Made by a program: the position numbers and the translations under genes. This document shows positions 29,701 through 30,969 of a DNA stretch of 30,969 bases, piece after piece. Where the stretch lies: positions 1-30,969 of IMG/VR virus record IMGVR_UViG_3300040815_002492; one strand, written 5' to 3'. The first letter of the stretch is position 1; each line of letters begins with the position of its first letter. This DNA comes from a virus. Lineage: Duplodnaviria; Caudoviricetes. Below the pieces are notes generated by a model. The model had not been told where the DNA came from and ran no database searches. It was given only the letters and a program-made list of their open reading frames with translations.

Positions 29701-30883
29701 TACAAATATATGTAAAACCACCTAAGCGTACAACTTCACCTACTTTGTAGTGTTGATTTGCACTATCTTCATTCCAGTCGCCTAAGAAACGGAATCCTTC
29801 TGTAAATAAGTCCCACTCTGTCGGTGATTGTGAGTTAAAAGTACCGCCTGAAGAATATGTTGTAAAAGTACTCGAATCTAGCGGTGTTGTTAGTGTTGCA
29901 TCTGTATATAGATTAAAAGTATTTGCATTAATTACATCTATGTATAAAGTTAGACCATTAATTTCGGTCATACCTTCTACATTGCTAATTACAATCTGTC
30001 TACCGTCTCGTAGTCCGTGATTGGCACTTGTTACTGTTGCAGGTGAATCCTGTGTAATATTTGTTATTGAGCCGCTTTGAGGTCCAGGCATAACTTCTGT
30101 GTGATTAGTTTTAGCAATATATTGGTTGCCACCGTAACGTACAACATCACCTGGTTGATATCCACGGAATGGACTCCAGTCATTTTCATATTGGAATCCT
30201 TCTACAAACTGACTCCAGTTTGCTCCATCTGTTCCTAGGTCGGTTGTACTAGTATGTGCGGTGGTACAAATCCAAACTCCTGCACCGTAGCGTACTAAAT
30301 CATTTAGTTTATAACGAGTACTAGCGACCCACTCGCCTTTGTATTCTAGGCCGTTATTAAATACGTCCCAGTTTGCAATATCATTTTCTAGTCCGTCTGA
30401 GGCAGTAGCAGATGAAATATGTAGAGTATTACAAACATAAGTAGATCCACCGTATTTTACAAAATCATTTATGCGATATCTAGTACTAGTAGTCCAGTCA
30501 CCTTTCCAATCTAGGCCTTCTGCATAAGCATCCCACTTAGCTAAATCAGCTTCTAAACCGTCAATAGCGGTAACCGCAGTAGCAGCAGAAGTGTGTATAG
30601 TTTTACAAATATAAAGTCTAGCACCGTAACTAACTATGTCATTATATACATAGTCTGTACTCGTTTGCCATTCACCTTTCCAGGTTTGTCCGTCACTTAC
30701 TAAATTCCATTTAGGTGGAATGATGTCTAAGTCTGAAAAGAAATCTGATTGACTTGTATGTCCTATTGTACAAATATATGTTTTGCCACCAAATGCAACA
30801 ACATCATCTTGATAGTATATGTTATCGGCGGCCCAATCGCCCTTCCATACAAATCTAATTCTACCTAGTTTAAATTCTGCCAT
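23789..30883 (-). CDS. Giant multidomain virion structural/adhesin protein (2364 aa)
   Basis: N-terminal W-K-G-x-W repeats, an FCCH-like insert, beta-helix-like segments, four helical C-x-R-D modules, Asp-box repeats and a conserved-looking C-terminus. RBS GCGGAG. Confidence 0.85.
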   Translation of the reverse strand: MAEFKLGRIRFVWKGDWAADNIYYQDDVVAFGGKTYICTIGHTSQSDFFSDLDIIPPKWNLVSDGQTWKGEWQTSTDYVYNDIVSYGARLYICKTIHTSAATAVTAIDGLEADLAKWDAYAEGLDWKGDWTTSTRYRINDFVKYGGSTYVCNTLHISSATASDGLENDIANWDVFNNGLEYKGEWVASTRYKLNDLVRYGAGVWICTTAHTSTTDLGTDGANWSQFVEGFQYENDWSPFRGYQPGDVVRYGGNQYIAKTNHTEVMPGPQSGSITNITQDSPATVTSANHGLRDGRQIVISNVEGMTEINGLTLYIDVINANTFNLYTDATLTTPLDSSTFTTYSSGGTFNSQSPTEWDLFTEGFRFLGDWNEDSANQHYKVGEVVRLGGFTYICILDHEEGQQPPNPTYWKLVNEGFRWRGEWLDDQEYYEGDVVRYGDNSYYCTKYHISEGDDYSTETDVQPGGGAEGSRPDLADSGQYWAVIAIGSEQSVLTTEGDLVYYSGSAPTRLPIGLEGQVLQVSPTGIPTWEFLQSVEDIYYVAEHGIDRPFPESGSSIDRPFKSIRYACEQIEKGTKNPNAQYLLEMNRVFIQEEVASWINAQITAGSGIWSGFTYGEDKCKRDVGYIVDRLKWDIGHGGNLKTRAAALSFVNGFSALGEFSDASEDKVYGGPGLAAEAAQSVAAYNYMLTVIDAVLKNEAPAAIYQNVVDDSTAIVDQFISATLETEEGVYTKITSLIKIVTDTITAGNTSAIPTREVPQTLVKVSTGEHFEVLPIRVPAYCAILGDELRSTKIIAQSAITPETDTPNTIDTFDRIASVVGDVVVGTTVTPSTNNVILQDKNWPYAVATQEATVESLVDLMKYQIDYGLNTMNAGYVTDPTGYSSSLENARENIIANKNFLLAEVIAYLDDEYPTLKYGKTDTKRDAGYILDSLVYDLTYGGNSLAVVTGLAYWDGDDNTQDQLPASIKTQTIAAINYLKTTAQSVAGNTTVVSPYQSAKPQVLTGNVGSITEIANNVEDIIEIINTGPSAVGTTVTLVNPTLADGVNSTTALIAAKGALDSATATIKTDTTSWITANYPTLVYNSAKCERDVGKILEAVGFDFAINSNYRTLKAAHAYLRKTALEVYTGGQKTATREAIQYALLDPTDGAIANVASDATAISRITASARIIDAVLFGATNEGSVCQTEDQNAYYAMLQLERNREFIKAEVSAWIDEQITNASIGSIWFGYVYNESLCLRDVDYYIDALKFDLMYPGNYASRYVARFYNNSVTGSQEEDMFYLRDATGLRNCTLNGLNGQLLPENTYGYSKVSAGAYASLDPGWGPDDFRTWIITRSPYIQGVTTFGNAATGQKIDGALHNGGNDSFVSNDFTQVISDGIGAHILNNGRAELVSVFTYYSHIGYLAETGGRVRATNGNNSYGDFGSVATGVDPDETPVTAVVDNRTQYNATISEVTTDSVGLLNLEYTHAGNDYTEAVVNIFGPGADEVIVVDEFRDGAFNYAYIDQDPDPDVPLGGSGYVLASNVAQSGSLTGIFLAATDGSLSSAYIGMKIYIIGAAGIGQYGIISTYNAGSKEATVVRESDGVAGWDHIVPGTPIVAPNSSSTYQIEPRVQVTAPTNSDAAHTLPTSTTWNDVEWIETAAQYTGVATTTSGNGIGATFDVTRNGSKYYLTTNAAGTGYTRLDTLTIVGTDLDGASSANDITITVTSVNSVTGAIVEYDFAGTAQSGKFLAVGAGTNGAVSVNGDTWTAEVLPALGSGNWSSIADGLQDDGSSTFKPSAVVVVADGDSTVAYSDDADTWSTSTLPVGFNTGAETRVEFGNVIGTNSNRFVVISSADRDVAYSDNGGATWTLTTDALDAVGYDCITYGTGKWVAIKAGTTDAAYSVDGITWTTVTMPGTGTGGSVVWGNGKFITLGGTNGIMYSLDGITWYQNALSLPLTATERKLAYGQGTFVITSDDTNEVQYSQDGLYWQAYTLSTTIAGGYNAIAFGNPSRVGKFVILPNAAGTGGNTAKINTPAKARASVANEQVFAIRITEPGSGYTSAPTVTIVDPNNVDNVVLTPQIGSGVLANPTFVNRGTGFISAAAEIDGQNSNGNADFPQAGAFIAVRRMTSRPVNGSNVEFANLPGEFYKLVNVVSFLGTEDGSYTGFLQISPNISVEDDLPDGDDVEMRIRFSQVRLTGHDFLDIGTGGFTETNYPGIPVNTPDQAKETNDFNGGRVFYTATDQDGNFRVGDLFTIEQSTGVATLNADAFNIAGLQELSLGEVTLGGNSASINEFSTDPFFTANSDTVVPTQRAIKAYIESQIGGGGATLNVNSVTAGDIFVGGNTITTLSGSPININANVVFNGTVLGLPLAYNYFLR
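24962..25660 (-). repeat. Asp-box (BNR-like) repeats, probable beta-propeller
   Basis: SVNGDTW, YSDDADTW, YSDNGGATW, YSVDGITW, YSLDGITW, YSQDGLYW. Confidence 0.75.
27110..29150 (-). repeat. Four dispersed helical modules with a C-x-R-D-x-G/D-Y core
   Basis: KCKRDVGYIVD, DTKRDAGYILD, KCERDVGKILE, LCLRDVDYYID. Confidence 0.75.
29534..30850 (-). repeat. Seven protein-level repeats W/Y-x-G-x-W...Y...D-x-V-x-YGG-x-x-Y-x-C...H (CBM5/12-like)
   Basis: Counted in the translation: WKGDW, WKGEW, WKGDW, YKGEW, YENDW, FLGDW, WRGEW. Confidence 0.75.
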
Positions 30884-30904
30884 TTGTTTTAACTCCGCTA
30901 GTGT

Positions 30905-30912
30905 TATTTATC
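30905..30912 (-). promoter_or_regulatory. T4-late-type promoter motif (GATAAATA) for the structural operon
   Basis: TATTTATC on the + strand, just upstream of the RBS of the 2364-aa gene. Confidence 0.6.
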
Positions 30913-30930
30913 TTATTATAATTTTGCATG

Positions 30931-30969
30931 TTATTGCATGGACTCATCGAATCCTTTAAAGTACATCAT
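30931..30969 (-). CDS. Probable 3' end of an upstream minus-strand gene (...MMYFKGFDESMQ*)
   Basis: Open frame from the right edge to a TAA at 30933-30931, just before the promoter motif. Too short to identify. Confidence 0.4.
   Translation of the reverse strand: MMYFKGFDESMQ

Overview
This window is a segment of a large, AT-rich, T4-like (probably jumbo) myovirus genome. No rRNA, tRNA, CRISPR array or mobile element is visible. From left to right it holds: (i) a neck/tail-completion block, with a gp13-like gene divergent from gp14-like and gp15-like genes, then a Nudix hydrolase, a cupin and a small ORF; (ii) two fibre-like virion genes, one ending in a cupredoxin-type domain; (iii) a bacterial-type groEL; (iv) an ~11.6 kb enzyme cassette (7594-19189) with three tryptophan-halogenase-family flavoenzymes, eight 2OG-Fe(II)-oxygenase-type genes, an SGNH-like protein and three unknowns; (v) a leftward virion operon with three paralogous glycine-rich proteins, an S74-chaperone fibre, a small protein and a 2364-aa multidomain protein. 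Main candidates for novelty: (1) every unit of the enzyme cassette starts at a T4-late-type promoter motif and the cassette abuts the Pro/His/Trp-rich Gly-rich virion proteins, suggesting post-translational tailoring (halogenation/hydroxylation) of the virion; (2) four phycobiliprotein-like C-x-R-D modules sit inside the giant virion protein; (3) a late-promoter motif places the ATG at the predicted +1 in four genes, implying leaderless mRNAs. All functional calls come from motifs read by eye; no database search was run.
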